The translations under genes and the position numbers were made by a program. Positions 11,934 through 23,979 of a DNA stretch of 64,000 bases are shown here, piece by piece. The stretch is from contig JBCBZT010000002.1 in assembly GCA_039815185.1 (NCBI GenBank), forward strand, positions 1 to 64,000. Direction: 5' to 3'. The DNA is from Cyanobacteria bacterium P01_A01_bin.123. GTDB taxonomy: Bacteria; Cyanobacteriota; Cyanobacteriia; Phormidesmidales; Phormidesmidaceae. The number at the start of each line of letters is the position of its first letter. The first letter of the stretch is position 1. The notes below the pieces were generated by a model, which saw only the letters and a program-made list of their open reading frames with translations, was not told the origin of the DNA and made no database searches.

Positions 11934-12677
11934 TCATGTATCTGAGATATCGTCAGGGGGATCCTGCTCATGATTTCCTGGTTCAGGCGCAGCCGCGACT
12001 TTAACCATGGCATGGCGAAGAACCCGCTCACCTAAAAGATACCCTCTGACTAGCTCTTCCATAACAGTATCTTCAGGGTGTTGATCAGTCGGTTCTCTCA
12101 TAACAGCTTCATGCAGCATTGGATCAAACGGCTGTCCTTCAGCCCGCATCGGTGATACTCCGATCCGCTTTAGACAATCAACCAATTGCTTATAAACGCT
12201 TTGATAGCTTTTGTGAATAGTGGTTTCTGACTCTGTCTGAGGCTTAATCTGGGCTCTGGCCCGCTCAAAGTTATCGATAACCGGTAAAAGTTCACTGATG
12301 GTGGAACATTTGATCTGAACCTCCATATCCTCCTTTTCCTTGCTTGTACGTTTGCGGAAATTTTCAAAATCGGCAGCAATGCGAACATACTGACCCGTTC
12401 GATCTTCAACTTGAGCCTTGAGTCCAGCGACTTGACGTTGTAGATCAGCAAGAGCGGCTTGACCTTCAGCATCCAATCCAGAGTCCTCGGAAGTTTTAGA
12501 GGCCACATCCTCAGATGACTCTTCAGTTGCAGTGGAATCCGCAGTCTCAGAGTCTACAAATGCCTGATCAAAATCAATTTCAATGTCAGCCGCGTCTACA
12601 TCCAATTCCTCAATCGGCTCAACAGCTTCACTCCCTGAGGCTTGGGTGTTTTCTGGTGGATTAACTTCATCAATCAT
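11934..12677 (-). CDS. grpE: Nucleotide exchange factor GrpE
   Basis: [34 protein letters not shown]. Confidence 0.95.
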   Translation of the reverse strand: MIDEVNPPENTQASGSEAVEPIEELDVDAADIEIDFDQAFVDSETADSTATEESSEDVASKTSEDSGLDAEGQAALADLQRQVAGLKAQVEDRTGQYVRIAADFENFRKRTSKEKEDMEVQIKCSTISELLPVIDNFERARAQIKPQTESETTIHKSYQSVYKQLVDCLKRIGVSPMRAEGQPFDPMLHEAVMREPTDQHPEDTVMEELVRGYLLGERVLRHAMVKVAAAPEPGNHEQDPPDDISDT

Positions 12678-13191
12678 TGCGTTTGCGACCCAATTACATT
12701 TCTTGTGATGATCAGTTGGTCTCACAGCCTATCAAAACGATGAGCTGATATCCAACCATAATTAAAGCGCTTGCAATAGCCGTCCTGTACCTATTTAGGC
12801 TTAACTTATGTTAAGTCATCTCCAAGATTCGCGTGCAATTACGGAATAGGCTCGCTTTAGTGCCCTCGATATCCCAGCTAACCTAAGCAAAGGATGACGA
12901 TTTGCTTGGTTTAACTGAGCTCAGAACCGTTATTATCGGTGAAGAGTGTGATCACTCAACCCTGAGCCTTGGTTTAATGTCTCAACGATTTCAATATTCC
13001 CTGATCCTTATTTAATATGATGCCTGTAAGCCAAGATTGCAAAATCTAAGTGGGTCTTGCAGGATTTATGTGTCTTGCATGGCTTAGCGTTTGGTTCTGC
13101 CAAAGTTCCAGGCTAAGAAATCTATGGCTGCGATGTATATCAATTCTCTAGTTTTGGGCACACTCTCTAAAAGGATTTTCCCCACTGACAT

Positions 13192-15201
13192 ATGACTAAC
13201 TCCTCATCGCAACGTCGGGCACTGGTTCTCCAAAGGAGTTTCTCTCCCTTTGGCAACAAGCTTATTCAAGCGGGCTATGTCGATGGCGATCAGATGCAGA
13301 AGGCGTTGGCGGAGAGTCGCAAGACTGGTCGTGCCCTCACCGACATTCTAGAGGCACTGACCGGGCAACAGCTTTCTCCCGAACTGCTCCGCCAGTATAA
13401 GAAGCAGCAGTTGTTCGAACTCAAAATCCTGTACGGTGTTGAATCCTTAGATCCTGAGTTAGATAGCATCTCAGGGGTTCAAGTCACGGGCCTGATCGAT
13501 GCTCTGATTCCGGTTGATACCTGCCGTCGTCATCGATTGGTTCCACTGTCCAAAGAAGAGGGGGAAAACCCTTCAGTATTGGTTGCGATGGTGGATCCAG
13601 AAAACCTGGAGGCCCAAGACGATCTCAATCGTATTCTGCGGCCCAAAAGCCTCAAATTGAGGCGGATGGTGATTACCGTTGAGGATTATCAGCGGCTGAT
13701 CTCCACTTACTTAGACGAACAGGTCGCCCGTGAAAAGCAAAAAGACTTTGAACAATCGGTTGATGTTCAAAGTGATTTGGCTGATTTAGATGTCGGAGAT
13801 CTCGATCTTGAAGAAGCTCCCGATGAAGAATCAGATCTAGGCGCAGCGTTGCAGGATGCAGGGGCTGCACCTGTAATTGCCTTGGTCAATAAGATTCTGG
13901 TTAAAGCTCTGCAAGAAGGCGTATCTGATATTCACGTGGAGCCCCAGGAAGAATTCCTGCGGGTGCGTTTTCGTAAGGATGGCGTGTTACGGCCTGCCTT
14001 TGAGAAAAATTTCCCCAAGAAGATTATTCCGGCGGTAACGGCACGCTTCAAAATCATTTCTGAACTTGACATTGCTGAACGCCGTGTCCCTCAAGATGGC
14101 CGCATTCGAAGGGTATTCCAGCAGCGGAAAGTTGATTTCCGGGTGAGCACCTTACCCAGCCGTTACGGTGAAAAAGTGGTGTTGCGGATTCTCGACAATG
14201 CCTCCACCCAGTTGGGGCTCGATAAGATGATTACGGATCCTGAAACACTCAGTATCGTTCAGGAAATGGGAGCTCGACCCTACGGCTTAATTTTGGTGAC
14301 TGGGCCAACGGGATCAGGTAAAACCACAACACTCTATTCTCTATTGGCTGAACGGAATGATCCTGGGGTTAACATCAGCACTGCAGAGGATCCGATTGAA
14401 TACACCTTACCCGGTATTACTCAGGTGCAGGTGCTGCGCGAGAAAGGAATGGTGTTCGCTTCCATTTTGAGAGCGTTCCTGCGCCAAGATCCGGACGTCA
14501 TTCTGGTGGGTGAGACCCGTGATCCTGAGACTGCAAAAACGGCTATTGAGGCAGCGCTAACGGGACACTTGGTTTTAACTACGCTGCACACAAATGATGC
14601 GGCTGGCGCGATCGCCCGATTAGATGAGATGGGTGTTGAAGCTTTCCAGGTTTCGAGTTCACTGATTGGTGTGTTGGCCCAGCGCTTAATGCGCAAAGTT
14701 TGTTCTGACTGCCGCATTGCCTATCAGCCAAGCCATGAAGAGTTGGCCCGCTTTGGATTAAGTGCTGCTAACGATGGTGAGGTGACCTTCTACAAAGCCA
14801 ACACAATTCCCAACGATGCGATTGACTCTGCGAAAGCGGCAGGTACCCTTTGCCAAACTTGTAATGGCGGAGGATACAAAGGGCGAGTCGGGGTCTATGA
14901 AGTGATGCGGATCACAGAGACTCTCCAAGCGCTGATTTCCGAGGGGGCTCCGACAGAGCGCATTAAAGAAGCTGCTGTCGAAGAAGGGATGCAAACCCTG
15001 CTGGCTTATAGTCTTAACTTGGTTAGACAGGGGCTCACAACTTTAGATGAGGTTGAACGGGTTACCTTCACAGACACGGGATTAGAAGCTGAACTCAAAG
15101 CCCGCCGTAAAACCTCTTTAACTTGCAGTAACTGTGGTGCAGAGTTGAAGCAGGAATGGTTTGATTGTCCTTACTGCTTGACCCCCCGTTTTCACGATTA
15201 G
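13192..15201 (+). CDS. pilB: Type IV pilus assembly ATPase PilB with C-terminal Cys4 motif
   Basis: GPTGSGKTT, AEDPIE, LRQDPDVILVGETRD, terminal CSNC...CPYC. Confidence 0.95.
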   Translation: MTNSSSQRRALVLQRSFSPFGNKLIQAGYVDGDQMQKALAESRKTGRALTDILEALTGQQLSPELLRQYKKQQLFELKILYGVESLDPELDSISGVQVTGLIDALIPVDTCRRHRLVPLSKEEGENPSVLVAMVDPENLEAQDDLNRILRPKSLKLRRMVITVEDYQRLISTYLDEQVAREKQKDFEQSVDVQSDLADLDVGDLDLEEAPDEESDLGAALQDAGAAPVIALVNKILVKALQEGVSDIHVEPQEEFLRVRFRKDGVLRPAFEKNFPKKIIPAVTARFKIISELDIAERRVPQDGRIRRVFQQRKVDFRVSTLPSRYGEKVVLRILDNASTQLGLDKMITDPETLSIVQEMGARPYGLILVTGPTGSGKTTTLYSLLAERNDPGVNISTAEDPIEYTLPGITQVQVLREKGMVFASILRAFLRQDPDVILVGETRDPETAKTAIEAALTGHLVLTTLHTNDAAGAIARLDEMGVEAFQVSSSLIGVLAQRLMRKVCSDCRIAYQPSHEELARFGLSAANDGEVTFYKANTIPNDAIDSAKAAGTLCQTCNGGGYKGRVGVYEVMRITETLQALISEGAPTERIKEAAVEEGMQTLLAYSLNLVRQGLTTLDEVERVTFTDTGLEAELKARRKTSLTCSNCGAELKQEWFDCPYCLTPRFHD

Positions 15202-15251
15202 CCTTTTCCAGTCGAAACCACCTATTGATTCACATTGATTGAGGTAGACCT

Positions 15252-16367
15252 ATGGAACTAATGATCGAAGACTTGATGGAAGAAGTGGTAGAGCGCGGTG
15301 GTTCTGACTTGCATCTATCTGCTGGCCTCCCTCCCTACATTCGGATTAGTGGGCATTTGACGCCTACTGATCACAATCCTATGTCGCCGGAGCAATGCCA
15401 ACGACTCATCTTCAGTATGTTAAACAATACTCAGCGGAAAACGCTTGAGCAGACTTGGGAACTAGACTGTTCCTATGGTGTGAAAGGGCTGGCCAGGTTC
15501 CGGGTCAATGTTTACAAAGATCGAGGCACTTATGCTGCCTGTTTACGGGCTTTAAGTTCGAAGATTCCCTCCATGGAAATTCTTGGATTACCGAACATTG
15601 TCCGCGAGCTATCTGAAAAACCTCGGGGGCTCATCTTAGTAACAGGGCCAACTGGATCAGGAAAGTCAACCACGCTGGCTTCAATGATCAACAATATCAA
15701 TCTGACGCGCGCGGAACACATTTTGACAGTTGAGGATCCGATTGAGTTTGTCTATGAACCGATCAAGAGCCTCGTTCACCAACGCCAAATTGGTGAAGAT
15801 ACTAAGAGCTTTGCCAATGCGCTGAGGGCAGCCTTGAGGGAAGACCCTGATGTCATCCTGGTAGGTGAAATGCGGGATCTCGAGACGATTTCATTAGCAA
15901 TTTCAGCCGCTGAAACTGGACACTTAGTCTTTGGTACCTTACACACCAGCTCAGCCGCTCAAACCGTTGACCGGATGGTTGATGTGTTTCCCCCTGAACA
16001 ACAGCAGCAGGTTAGGGTGCAGCTTTCTAACTCCCTTGTCGCGGTTTTAAGTCAAACCCTAGTCCCTAAGCAGAACCCTAAGCCAGGGGAATTTGGTCGT
16101 ATCATGGCGCAGGAAATTATGGTAGTCACCCCTGCAATTTCCAACCTGATTCGCGAAGGTAAAACCGCCCAAATTTACGGGGCTATCCAGACTGGTGGTA
16201 AGTTAGCCATGCAGACTCTTGAAAAAGTGTTGTCAGACTTATATAAAGCAGGCTCAATTTCTTTCGAAGCGGCCATGTCGAAAAGCTCTCGTCCCGACGA
16301 GCTCCAACGGCTCATCGGTGGAGCACCAGGGACTAAGCAAGGTGTGGCGGCGGGTTCGAGGCGCTAA
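15252..16367 (+). CDS. pilT: Type IV pilus retraction ATPase PilT
   Basis: GPTGSGKST, ALREDPD, AISNLIRE. Confidence 0.95.
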   Translation: MELMIEDLMEEVVERGGSDLHLSAGLPPYIRISGHLTPTDHNPMSPEQCQRLIFSMLNNTQRKTLEQTWELDCSYGVKGLARFRVNVYKDRGTYAACLRALSSKIPSMEILGLPNIVRELSEKPRGLILVTGPTGSGKSTTLASMINNINLTRAEHILTVEDPIEFVYEPIKSLVHQRQIGEDTKSFANALRAALREDPDVILVGEMRDLETISLAISAAETGHLVFGTLHTSSAAQTVDRMVDVFPPEQQQQVRVQLSNSLVAVLSQTLVPKQNPKPGEFGRIMAQEIMVVTPAISNLIREGKTAQIYGAIQTGGKLAMQTLEKVLSDLYKAGSISFEAAMSKSSRPDELQRLIGGAPGTKQGVAAGSRR

Positions 16368-16684
16368 TTGAACTTTGAGGAACCATCGCCATTGTTTCAG
16401 TTGATTCAAACAATAGCGATGGTTACCTATCGCCCGCTGCCTTAAAGCATTCATCCTAAACCTTGATCACATCTAGAGTCATAGTTTTCCCTAAGCTAAA
16501 AACGCAAGTCTCTCAATCGAATGTCGTTTAGACTCGGACTGCTTGATCTGCGTAAGCGCCATTATCTGGACTTTGTGGTAAGTTAGCAGCACTTGGGTTA
16601 AGTGCCTGAAATGCCACTGCACCCGGGGTTATCCCTGTCGCTCAGTGTGTATCATTAAAGCCTACCCGTCACTAAGCAAGAGCC

Positions 16685-17905
16685 ATGCCTACTTACGTTG
16701 CAATCGGTCGTGATGCCACCGGAAGAAATCGAAAAGAAAAAGTCTCTGCCGAAACTCCCAACGAAGCCCGCACTCTACTGAAAGAACGCGGCATCTTCAT
16801 TCAAGATATGAAAGAAGAGCGGGCTTTGAGTTTCAATCTTGAAGATCTGCAAACCTCAATGACCTCGGTCACGGTTAAGGACAAAGCTATTTTTTCTCGC
16901 CAGTTTGCAGCTTTAGTGAATGCGGGGGTAGCCTTAGTGCGAGGGCTTGGCGTTCTTGCTGAAGAGTGTCCAAATCCTAAACTCAAGAAGGCTTTAGTCT
17001 CAATTAATGGAGATGTCCAGCAGGGTACTAATTTATCGGATGCCATGCGTAAGCATCCTCAATGTTTTGATGATCTCTATGTGGCCCTAGTTCAGGCTGG
17101 AGAAGTAGGCGGGGTTTTAGACGAAGTCTTAAACCGCCTTGCAAAGCTCTTAGAAGATCTAAACCGACTGCAAAATCAGATTAAGTCAGCGATGGCGTAT
17201 CCGGTCACCGTCGGTATTTTGGCTGTGGTCATTTTTGTGGCGATGACGGTTTTCTTGTTGCCGACGTTTGCTGATATTTTTGCTCAATTTGATGCGGAGC
17301 TTCCTCTATTTACCCGCATTATGCTGATGATCAGCGATTTCCTGCGAACGCCCCTCTATGTTGTATTGCTTATTGGCGCGATTGTTGCGGCTGTGATTGC
17401 CTATACCCAGTATTACAAGACCCGGGTAGGCCGGGAGACCATGGACAAGTTTTTCTTGAAAATGCCGCTGTTTGGCGACTTGGTTCAAAAAACGGCCACT
17501 GCACGGTTTTGCCGGACTTTTGGTTCCTTATCACGCTCTGGGGTGCCAATCTTAACAGCTATGGAGATCGTGCGTGATACATCTGGAAACCAGGTGATTG
17601 CTAATGCAATTGATGAAGCCCGGGCAGAAATTCAAACTGGGGGCATGATCAGCTTAGCGCTGCAAAAGCACCAGGTCTTTCCGGTGATGGCAGTCCAGAT
17701 GATTAGCATCGGTGAGGAAACGGGTGAATTAGACCAGATGTTGATGAAGGTGGCTGATTTCTATGAGGATGAGGTTGAGCAGGCGGTGAAAGCATTAACT
17801 TCGATCATGGAGCCGATTCTGATTATTGTTTTGGGAGGTATGGTTGGTTCGATCTTGATCTCAATGTATTTGCCAATGTTCAGGATTATGGAAGTCGTCC
17901 AATAA
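16685..17905 (+). CDS. pilC: Type IV pilus platform protein PilC
   Basis: Two T2SSF repeats (AGEVGGVLDEVL, IGEETGELDQML). Confidence 0.95.
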   Translation: MPTYVAIGRDATGRNRKEKVSAETPNEARTLLKERGIFIQDMKEERALSFNLEDLQTSMTSVTVKDKAIFSRQFAALVNAGVALVRGLGVLAEECPNPKLKKALVSINGDVQQGTNLSDAMRKHPQCFDDLYVALVQAGEVGGVLDEVLNRLAKLLEDLNRLQNQIKSAMAYPVTVGILAVVIFVAMTVFLLPTFADIFAQFDAELPLFTRIMLMISDFLRTPLYVVLLIGAIVAAVIAYTQYYKTRVGRETMDKFFLKMPLFGDLVQKTATARFCRTFGSLSRSGVPILTAMEIVRDTSGNQVIANAIDEARAEIQTGGMISLALQKHQVFPVMAVQMISIGEETGELDQMLMKVADFYEDEVEQAVKALTSIMEPILIIVLGGMVGSILISMYLPMFRIMEVVQ

Positions 17906-17933
17906 TTCAGTAGGTAAGGCATGAGGGAAATGG

Positions 17934-17966
17934 AAAAAGAGTTGTGCCCAGGCACAACTCTTTTTT
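17934..17966. terminator. Bidirectional intrinsic terminator
   Basis: aaaaagagttgtgcc-ca-ggcacaactctttttt between convergent genes. Confidence 0.85.
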
Positions 17967-18777
17967 ATTGCTGTTTTAAGGTTTCGTAGGTTGTTTTCAG
18001 GGTTAGCATATGGCGCGTTTGGAGTTCTTGGGGAGAATGGCTCAAAAGGCGATCGCGGTTTTCCTGACTTAACCCTTGTACTAGGCTAAAGTCGGCCCCA
18101 GCAATGCTTTCTAAGGTTTCAAATTCAATCCCGGTCAAATCAGCTGCTCGCAGATCTACCCCAGTGAGATTAGCTCCATTTAGCCTTGCGTCCCTTAAAC
18201 TGGCTCCAGTCAAAAACGCTTTTCTCAAGTCTGCTTGACTCAATCTCGCCTGGCCCAAATTTGCGCCGGTTAAATCAGTGCCCCCCAGATAAGCGCCCAG
18301 CAAACTTGCTCCCTGTAAGTCTGCGTATTGTAAGTTTGCTGTATTCAGAGCAGCACCATTTAAATTAGCCCCAGGGCCGATTGCGCCACAGGATTTATAG
18401 GTAAACCCTTGGGGAAATTTGGTTTGGCTATCGTAACGGGCTCCCTGAAATTGGGCATCAGTTAAATCTGTTTCACGCAAGTCAGCACCGCTTAAATCGG
18501 TTCGATAAAGACAAGCCCCCCTTAAACACGTACCTGATAATGTAGCGTGGGATAATGTTGCTCCCCTTAAATCTGCCTCGCTGAGATCAACCTGGGTAAA
18601 ACAGACTTGTGTTAAGTTGGCTCGGATCAAATTGGCTTGGCGCAACGTGTTGCCGTTTAGACTAATACCCTTGAAATCAAATTGGTAAAGATCTTGCTGA
18701 CTCATCTCCTCGCCTGACTCGAGCATGTTGAGCACTTGGGTTTTAGTGGTTAGATCTGGGGGTTCTCGTTTAGGCAT
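17965..18777 (-). CDS. Pentapeptide-repeat protein
   Basis: Extensive A[D/N]Lxx repeats. Confidence 0.9.
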   Translation of the reverse strand: MPKREPPDLTTKTQVLNMLESGEEMSQQDLYQFDFKGISLNGNTLRQANLIRANLTQVCFTQVDLSEADLRGATLSHATLSGTCLRGACLYRTDLSGADLRETDLTDAQFQGARYDSQTKFPQGFTYKSCGAIGPGANLNGAALNTANLQYADLQGASLLGAYLGGTDLTGANLGQARLSQADLRKAFLTGASLRDARLNGANLTGVDLRAADLTGIEFETLESIAGADFSLVQGLSQENRDRLLSHSPQELQTRHMLTLKTTYETLKQQ

Positions 18778-18956
18778 AAGGTTTAAGGATTAGGGAAACC
18801 TGAAAATCACCACAAATGATCTTACTTTGGCCGGGGCGGCCACCCATCAAAGCTGTTGAGGGTTTTCTCAACGCTTATCCCCTTCTAAGATTAACTGTGG
18901 ACATGGTTCGCTGTGCTTGTTTGTTTTGTTAAGCAATGGTTGTGTGAGGGAAATCT

Positions 18957-19541
18957 ATGGTGCTTATCCCCCCCCTGACAATGATGGACTTTTTCGGCAA
19001 GAGTGAAGGGATTTGGTATACCCAACGGACGGTTCATCATTTTGATACTGTAGCGGATGAGTCGGGGGAGTCGCAGTTGTATGTCAGCGTTGTCTCGTCA
19101 GTGGATGCTCGCGTTACGCACATCTGTGAATCCCAGGGTATTGATCCAGCCCAAGCTAAAGGGGGAGCTAGTTTCATGTGGCAATCCCATGACGACAAGG
19201 CTCAGCCGAATCCTGATCAGGCGGCTGTATTGGTGGATGTGCCTGCTGATGAAACAGGGTGCTCGGGCAAACTGCTGCGCAGCCAGGGGTATGTCGAAAA
19301 GATTCCTGTGGTGTGTCGATATTGGTTTGGCCAAGACGGCATTTTGACCATCGACACCGAATATGGCCAAAACCAAGGACAAGAGCGCTGCTGGTTTCTG
19401 ACCGATGATTTTCGGGTGCGTGTGAGTACTGTGCGGATGTTAGGCGGTGTCTATTTGATGACCTATTGTTCTGAACGGCGGCTGATGTCTGAGCAAACAC
19501 TAGTTCAAATGGCACAGAATCACGCTGCACAACTAGGGTAA
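18957..19541 (+). CDS. CpcS/CpeS-family (CpeU-like) phycobiliprotein lyase
   Basis: FFGKSEGIWYTQRTVHH, ERCWF, CSERR; lies immediately upstream of pebAB. Confidence 0.85.
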   Translation: MVLIPPLTMMDFFGKSEGIWYTQRTVHHFDTVADESGESQLYVSVVSSVDARVTHICESQGIDPAQAKGGASFMWQSHDDKAQPNPDQAAVLVDVPADETGCSGKLLRSQGYVEKIPVVCRYWFGQDGILTIDTEYGQNQGQERCWFLTDDFRVRVSTVRMLGGVYLMTYCSERRLMSEQTLVQMAQNHAAQLG

Positions 19542-19660
19542 GCAGTTGGCGTGGATGGGTGAGCAGGACGTTAAGGAAAGTAACTTTCAATCCAAAATCT
19601 GAGACAGAGCTTCAACTGATCCCCTATTCTCGGGGTTCAAGGCTCATAAAATTATCAGCG

Positions 19661-20389
19661 ATGTATAAACCTTTTCTCAAATACTTAGAAGACTCCTTAA
19701 ATCAACGGTTTAGCTTAAGCAGTCGCTCCATTCCTGAAGGGTTAGCACATCGAGTTAGTGAACGAGGGCGGAGTCCAGCTACGATTCAAAGCTGGTGTTG
19801 CCAATGCACTGAGTTCAGAAAAATTCGTTACACCTACATTGATGCTGGAACGACCTCGCAAATTTTTAACAGTGTTATTTATCCTAGCCACCAGTTTGAA
19901 CTGCCGTTGTTAGGGATTGATTTCCTTTCCTTTGGCCAGGTAAAAAATCTGATTGTGATGGATTTTCAGCCCTTATTCCAAGATCAGGCTTACTTGGAAC
20001 GATATATCTATCCTTTAAAGGTGCTACACGATCAATACCCTGATCTTTGCCAAGGCTTAGAAATGAAGTTTTATGATGCTAACCAATACTTCTCTCAGTA
20101 TTTATTGTTTGCCAAAACTGATGCAGAAACCGTTAGCACAAGAGTTTTTGAGGCCTTTAAAGACTACCTAGAGCTTTACTGGCAGATGGTAGATGCGGCT
20201 GAACCGCTAACGGAGCCGGATGCGATTCAGCGTGTGGTGCAGGCCCAGAAAGACTACGACCAGTACAGTGTGGAACGAGATCCAGCATCTGGGCTATTTA
20301 GCAGTTACTTTGGCCATGACTGGTCAGAACGGTTTCTGCATGAATTTTTGTTTGAAGATGCCATGCCGTTAGCGGCGGCGATTCAATAG
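19661..20389 (+). CDS. pebA: 15,16-dihydrobiliverdin:ferredoxin oxidoreductase
   Basis: [35 protein letters not shown]. Confidence 0.92.
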   Translation: MYKPFLKYLEDSLNQRFSLSSRSIPEGLAHRVSERGRSPATIQSWCCQCTEFRKIRYTYIDAGTTSQIFNSVIYPSHQFELPLLGIDFLSFGQVKNLIVMDFQPLFQDQAYLERYIYPLKVLHDQYPDLCQGLEMKFYDANQYFSQYLLFAKTDAETVSTRVFEAFKDYLELYWQMVDAAEPLTEPDAIQRVVQAQKDYDQYSVERDPASGLFSSYFGHDWSERFLHEFLFEDAMPLAAAIQ

Positions 20390-20403
20390 ACCCTTGGCTA
20401 ATT

Positions 20404-21156
20404 ATGACTTTATACCAACCGTTTTTAGACTACGCGATCGCGCTGCTGCATGAGCGATTGCCGATAGAGCCTTATCCGATTCCGCCTGGATTTGAATCTA
20501 AGCATGCCGTCACGGGCAAAGGGAAGCGCCAGGCAGAGGTGTTGACCACTAGCTATGCTTATCAAGCACCAAAGCTCAGACAAATTCGGGCCGCCCATGT
20601 GCAGGGGGGAGAGGCCCTGCAGGTTTTGAATTTTGTCATTTTTCCTCACTTGAACTACGATTTGCCCTTCTTCGGTGCGGATTTAGTGACGTTGCCGGGG
20701 GGGCATTTGATTGCGTTGGATATGCAACCGCTGTTTCGAGACGATTTGGCGTATCAGGCGAAATATACTCAGCCCATCTTGCCCCTGTTTGAACAGCAGC
20801 AGCAGCATCTCCCTTGGGGGGGGGATTTTCCTGAGGAAGCCAAACCTTTCTTCTCACCAGCGTTTCTTTGGACCCGGTCTCAAAGTACTGAAGTTGTAAA
20901 GACCCATGTCTTTAAAGCCTTCAAAGACTACCTGGGGGCCTATCTAGATTTTGTTCAACAGGCAGAACCCGTTCGTGAGGCAGCTCAGCTCAAGACAATT
21001 GAGGCGGCTCAACTGCGCTATCTAAGATATCGGGCTGAGAAAGATCCTGCTCGGGGGATGTTTACCCGGTTTTATGGAGCAGAGTGGACGGAGGAGTACA
21101 TCCATGGCTTCTTGTTTGATCTGGAGCGCCAGTTGCCAACCCTGAGTTGGGCATAA
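20404..21156 (+). CDS. pebB: Phycoerythrobilin:ferredoxin oxidoreductase
   Basis: [30 protein letters not shown]. Confidence 0.93.
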   Translation: MTLYQPFLDYAIALLHERLPIEPYPIPPGFESKHAVTGKGKRQAEVLTTSYAYQAPKLRQIRAAHVQGGEALQVLNFVIFPHLNYDLPFFGADLVTLPGGHLIALDMQPLFRDDLAYQAKYTQPILPLFEQQQQHLPWGGDFPEEAKPFFSPAFLWTRSQSTEVVKTHVFKAFKDYLGAYLDFVQQAEPVREAAQLKTIEAAQLRYLRYRAEKDPARGMFTRFYGAEWTEEYIHGFLFDLERQLPTLSWA

Positions 21157-21171
21157 CTGAGTTGGGCATAA
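21142..21171. repeat. 15-bp tandem duplication across the pebB stop codon
   Basis: ctgagttgggcataa occurs twice in tandem. Confidence 0.9.
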
Positions 21172-21685
21172 CAAAGAGCCTTCAGTGTCTCATCTAGATC
21201 ACTCATAAAGACTGAGCAAAGCTTCGGGTTAATAGCCTAGCCTCAGAGCAGCCTGACTGGTATTGTCTGTGAGTCTAAACGGGCGTCTCAGAAAGCCTTT
21301 AGCCCGACTGCAAGGTAATAGGAGCGCTCGTTGCCAGGGCCCAATGGCTAAAGGCTCGTAGCTGAGGGAACCCCATTGAACCGAGGGATTTGACGATTTG
21401 TAACAGGTTTGTGATTGAACGGTATAGTATAAACAGAAATGTTAGAAGCTTAGAATCAGGTAAAGATTTGTCTGACTTCTGAGAAGGATTGAGTTCTTTC
21501 TTTTTTAAGAACCGTAAACGTTCCTGAGTTTCCTTGTCGTAAGGGTGGTTAGATCATCTTTAGCGATATTGCTCAACCTTTGATATCGGGCAGTCGTTCA
21601 GGCAAGAGAGCTCTTGAGCTAAGCCAAGTTTTTGTGGCTTATTCCCCCTCCCTAATCTTTTACAAACACTAAGGAGATTAAGTTA

Positions 21686-22204
21686 ATGTTTGACGCTTTT
21701 GCGAAAGTGGTCTCCCAGGCTGATGCACGGGGTGCTTACCTCACCTCTGATCAAATTGATGCCTTAAATGCGCTCGTTGCTGATGGCAATAAGCGGATGG
21801 ATGTCGTTAATCGAATCACCAGTAATTCCTCCAAGATTGTTGCTGATGCGGCACGCAGCCTGTTTGCAGAGCAACCTCAGTTAATTGCGCCGGGTGGCAA
21901 TGCTTACACCAGCCGTCGGATGGCAGCCTGCTTGCGAGACATGGAAATCATCCTGCGTTATGTAACCTATGCCATCTTTTCTGGCGATGCTAGCGTACTT
22001 GATGATCGCTGCCTGAATGGTTTGAAGGAAACCTATATTGCTTTGGGCACTCCTGGTACTTCTGTAGCAGTTGGTGTTGAAAAGATGAAGGCAGCCGCAC
22101 TTGCGATTGCGGGTGATAGCAGCGGTATTACCCCAGGGAACTGCTCCAGCATCTTGTCTGAGGTTGCGTCCTACTTCGATCGCGCAGCAGCAGCAGTTGG
22201 TTAA
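21686..22204 (+). CDS. cpcB: Phycocyanin beta subunit
   Basis: 172 aa; [17 protein letters not shown] and a second chromophore Cys in TPGNCSS. Confidence 0.96.
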   Translation: MFDAFAKVVSQADARGAYLTSDQIDALNALVADGNKRMDVVNRITSNSSKIVADAARSLFAEQPQLIAPGGNAYTSRRMAACLRDMEIILRYVTYAIFSGDASVLDDRCLNGLKETYIALGTPGTSVAVGVEKMKAAALAIAGDSSGITPGNCSSILSEVASYFDRAAAAVG

Positions 22205-22297
22205 TGTTTACCGGGTGCTGCGCTCGCTGCTTTGAACCATTCGCAGCACTCTGAAATGACATTCAAAAATTAACGCTAATTTGGAGATATTCTGACG

Positions 22298-22786
22298 ATG
22301 AAAACCCCTTTGACTGAAGCTGTTGCTGTTGCTGATTCCCAGGGACGTTTCCTAAGCTCTACTGAGGTTCAATCTGCATTTGGTCGTTTCCGTCAGGCTG
22401 GTGCTAGCCTGCAGGCGGCTAAAGGTTTGACTGAGAAAGCTAGTAGCTTGACCACTGGTGCGGCTCAGGCCGTATACAACAAGTTCCCTTACACGACCCA
22501 GATGCAAGGGCCTAACTATGCTGCGACTCAAGTGGGCAAGGACAAGTGTGTGCGAGATATCGGCTACTACCTGCGGATGGTGACGTATTGCCTAGTTGTT
22601 GGCGGTACTGGCCCCATGGATGACTACCTGATTGGTGGTCTGGCTGAGATCAACAAAACCTTTGAGTTGTCTCCCAGCTGGTACATTGAAGCTTTGAAAT
22701 ACATCAAGGCTAACCATGGTTTGAGCGGTGATCCTGCCGTTGAAGCTAACTCTTATCTCGACTACGCGATCAACGTCCTCAGTTAA
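22298..22786 (+). CDS. cpcA: Phycocyanin alpha subunit
   Basis: 162 aa; [20 protein letters not shown]. Confidence 0.96.
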   Translation: MKTPLTEAVAVADSQGRFLSSTEVQSAFGRFRQAGASLQAAKGLTEKASSLTTGAAQAVYNKFPYTTQMQGPNYAATQVGKDKCVRDIGYYLRMVTYCLVVGGTGPMDDYLIGGLAEINKTFELSPSWYIEALKYIKANHGLSGDPAVEANSYLDYAINVLS

Positions 22787-22948
22787 TTGATTGTGCTGTT
22801 GGCCAAATAGTTCACGTTTACCTCTAACGGGTATGCAGCCGTTGAATCTAGTCGGCAGTTGTTTATCCGTTAGGGGTTTAGTTTAGGGGTACTGATTGAA
22901 CCGATAGGATATCTCTGTTTTCCTTGACTTCTTGTGAATTTGCTAAAA

Positions 22949-23773
22949 ATGAGTGACTCAGCGATTCAGGCAGACGGGCAATTAACGATTGAAAAAGCGA
23001 TCGCCAATCTCCAGGGAGAGGATCTGGGGTTGCGGGTATATGCAGCGTGGTGGCTGGGTCGTTTTCGCGTGGATTCGCCGTCCGCGATTCAAGTTTTAAT
23101 TGCAGCTTTGGCAGATGAAGATGACCGCACCCCTGTGGGGGGCTATCCCCTACGGCGAAATGCAGCTCGGGCCTTGGGTAAGCTGGGTGACCGCCAAGCT
23201 TTACCACCCTTAATTCAGGCGTTGCGGTGTTCAGATTTTTATGTGCGTGAAGCTGCAGCTCAGGCGCTAGAGCAGTTGGGTGATTGTGTAGCCATTTCAC
23301 CGCTGATTGATCTACTCAACGATCGAATGCCGGAGACATTGCCTGCTCCAGAACCGCCTCAGTTAGCCCAACCTTTTGATGCCATCATAGAAGCCCTAGG
23401 CAGTTTGGGGGCAATCGATGCGATCGCAGACGTCCGCCCTTTTCTTGATCATGCTGTCCCCCGCATTCAATATGCGGCAGCACGGGCGCTATATCAGTTA
23501 ACTCCAGATCGACAGGAGGCTTGTCAATACGGCGATCGCTTGGTGCAAGCCCTCAGCAACGATGATTTGCAACTGCGACGAACCGTGCTGGCAGACTTGG
23601 GAGCGATTGGATACTTATCTGCAGCTACCCCAATTGCTGAAACCCTGGCAGAAAATAGTTTAAAGCTTATTGCTTTGAAGGGGTTATTGGAGCATGAGCT
23701 TGATCAAACTGGAACCGCGGAATTATCAGTTGGGGCAAAGCAGGTAATGGCCCTGATGGATGATCTGCTATGA
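22949..23773 (+). CDS. cpcE: Phycocyanin alpha lyase CpcE
   Basis: YAAWWLG, GGYPLRRNAARALGKLG, AENSLKLIALKG. Confidence 0.9.
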   Translation: MSDSAIQADGQLTIEKAIANLQGEDLGLRVYAAWWLGRFRVDSPSAIQVLIAALADEDDRTPVGGYPLRRNAARALGKLGDRQALPPLIQALRCSDFYVREAAAQALEQLGDCVAISPLIDLLNDRMPETLPAPEPPQLAQPFDAIIEALGSLGAIDAIADVRPFLDHAVPRIQYAAARALYQLTPDRQEACQYGDRLVQALSNDDLQLRRTVLADLGAIGYLSAATPIAETLAENSLKLIALKGLLEHELDQTGTAELSVGAKQVMALMDDLL

Positions 23774-23979
23774 GAGTGTGGGGGTGTTAATTTTTCTTGT
23801 GCCCTTGGCAAATATGTGAAGCAGTGCAACAAACAGGGCGAGAATGTAAGCAGGTTTAATCTAAACTGCATCCGATTTGAAAACTTAAGCGCAAAGCCTT
23901 GCGTTTCTCCTGAATCTGGATGTGAGTTAGGTCTCATAATAATCTCACTTTTTTACACCGCATTCATCACGCTTTAGCA

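Noticed and set aside
6790..17905. Chaperone operon divergent from pilBTC as a novel system
   Set aside because: This is familiar, conserved cyanobacterial synteny, including the PilB C-terminal Cys4 motif.
21142..21171. 15-bp duplication as a mobile-element target site
   Set aside because: The copies are adjacent with no element between them; simple slippage is more likely, as with the imperfect duplication at the msrP stop.
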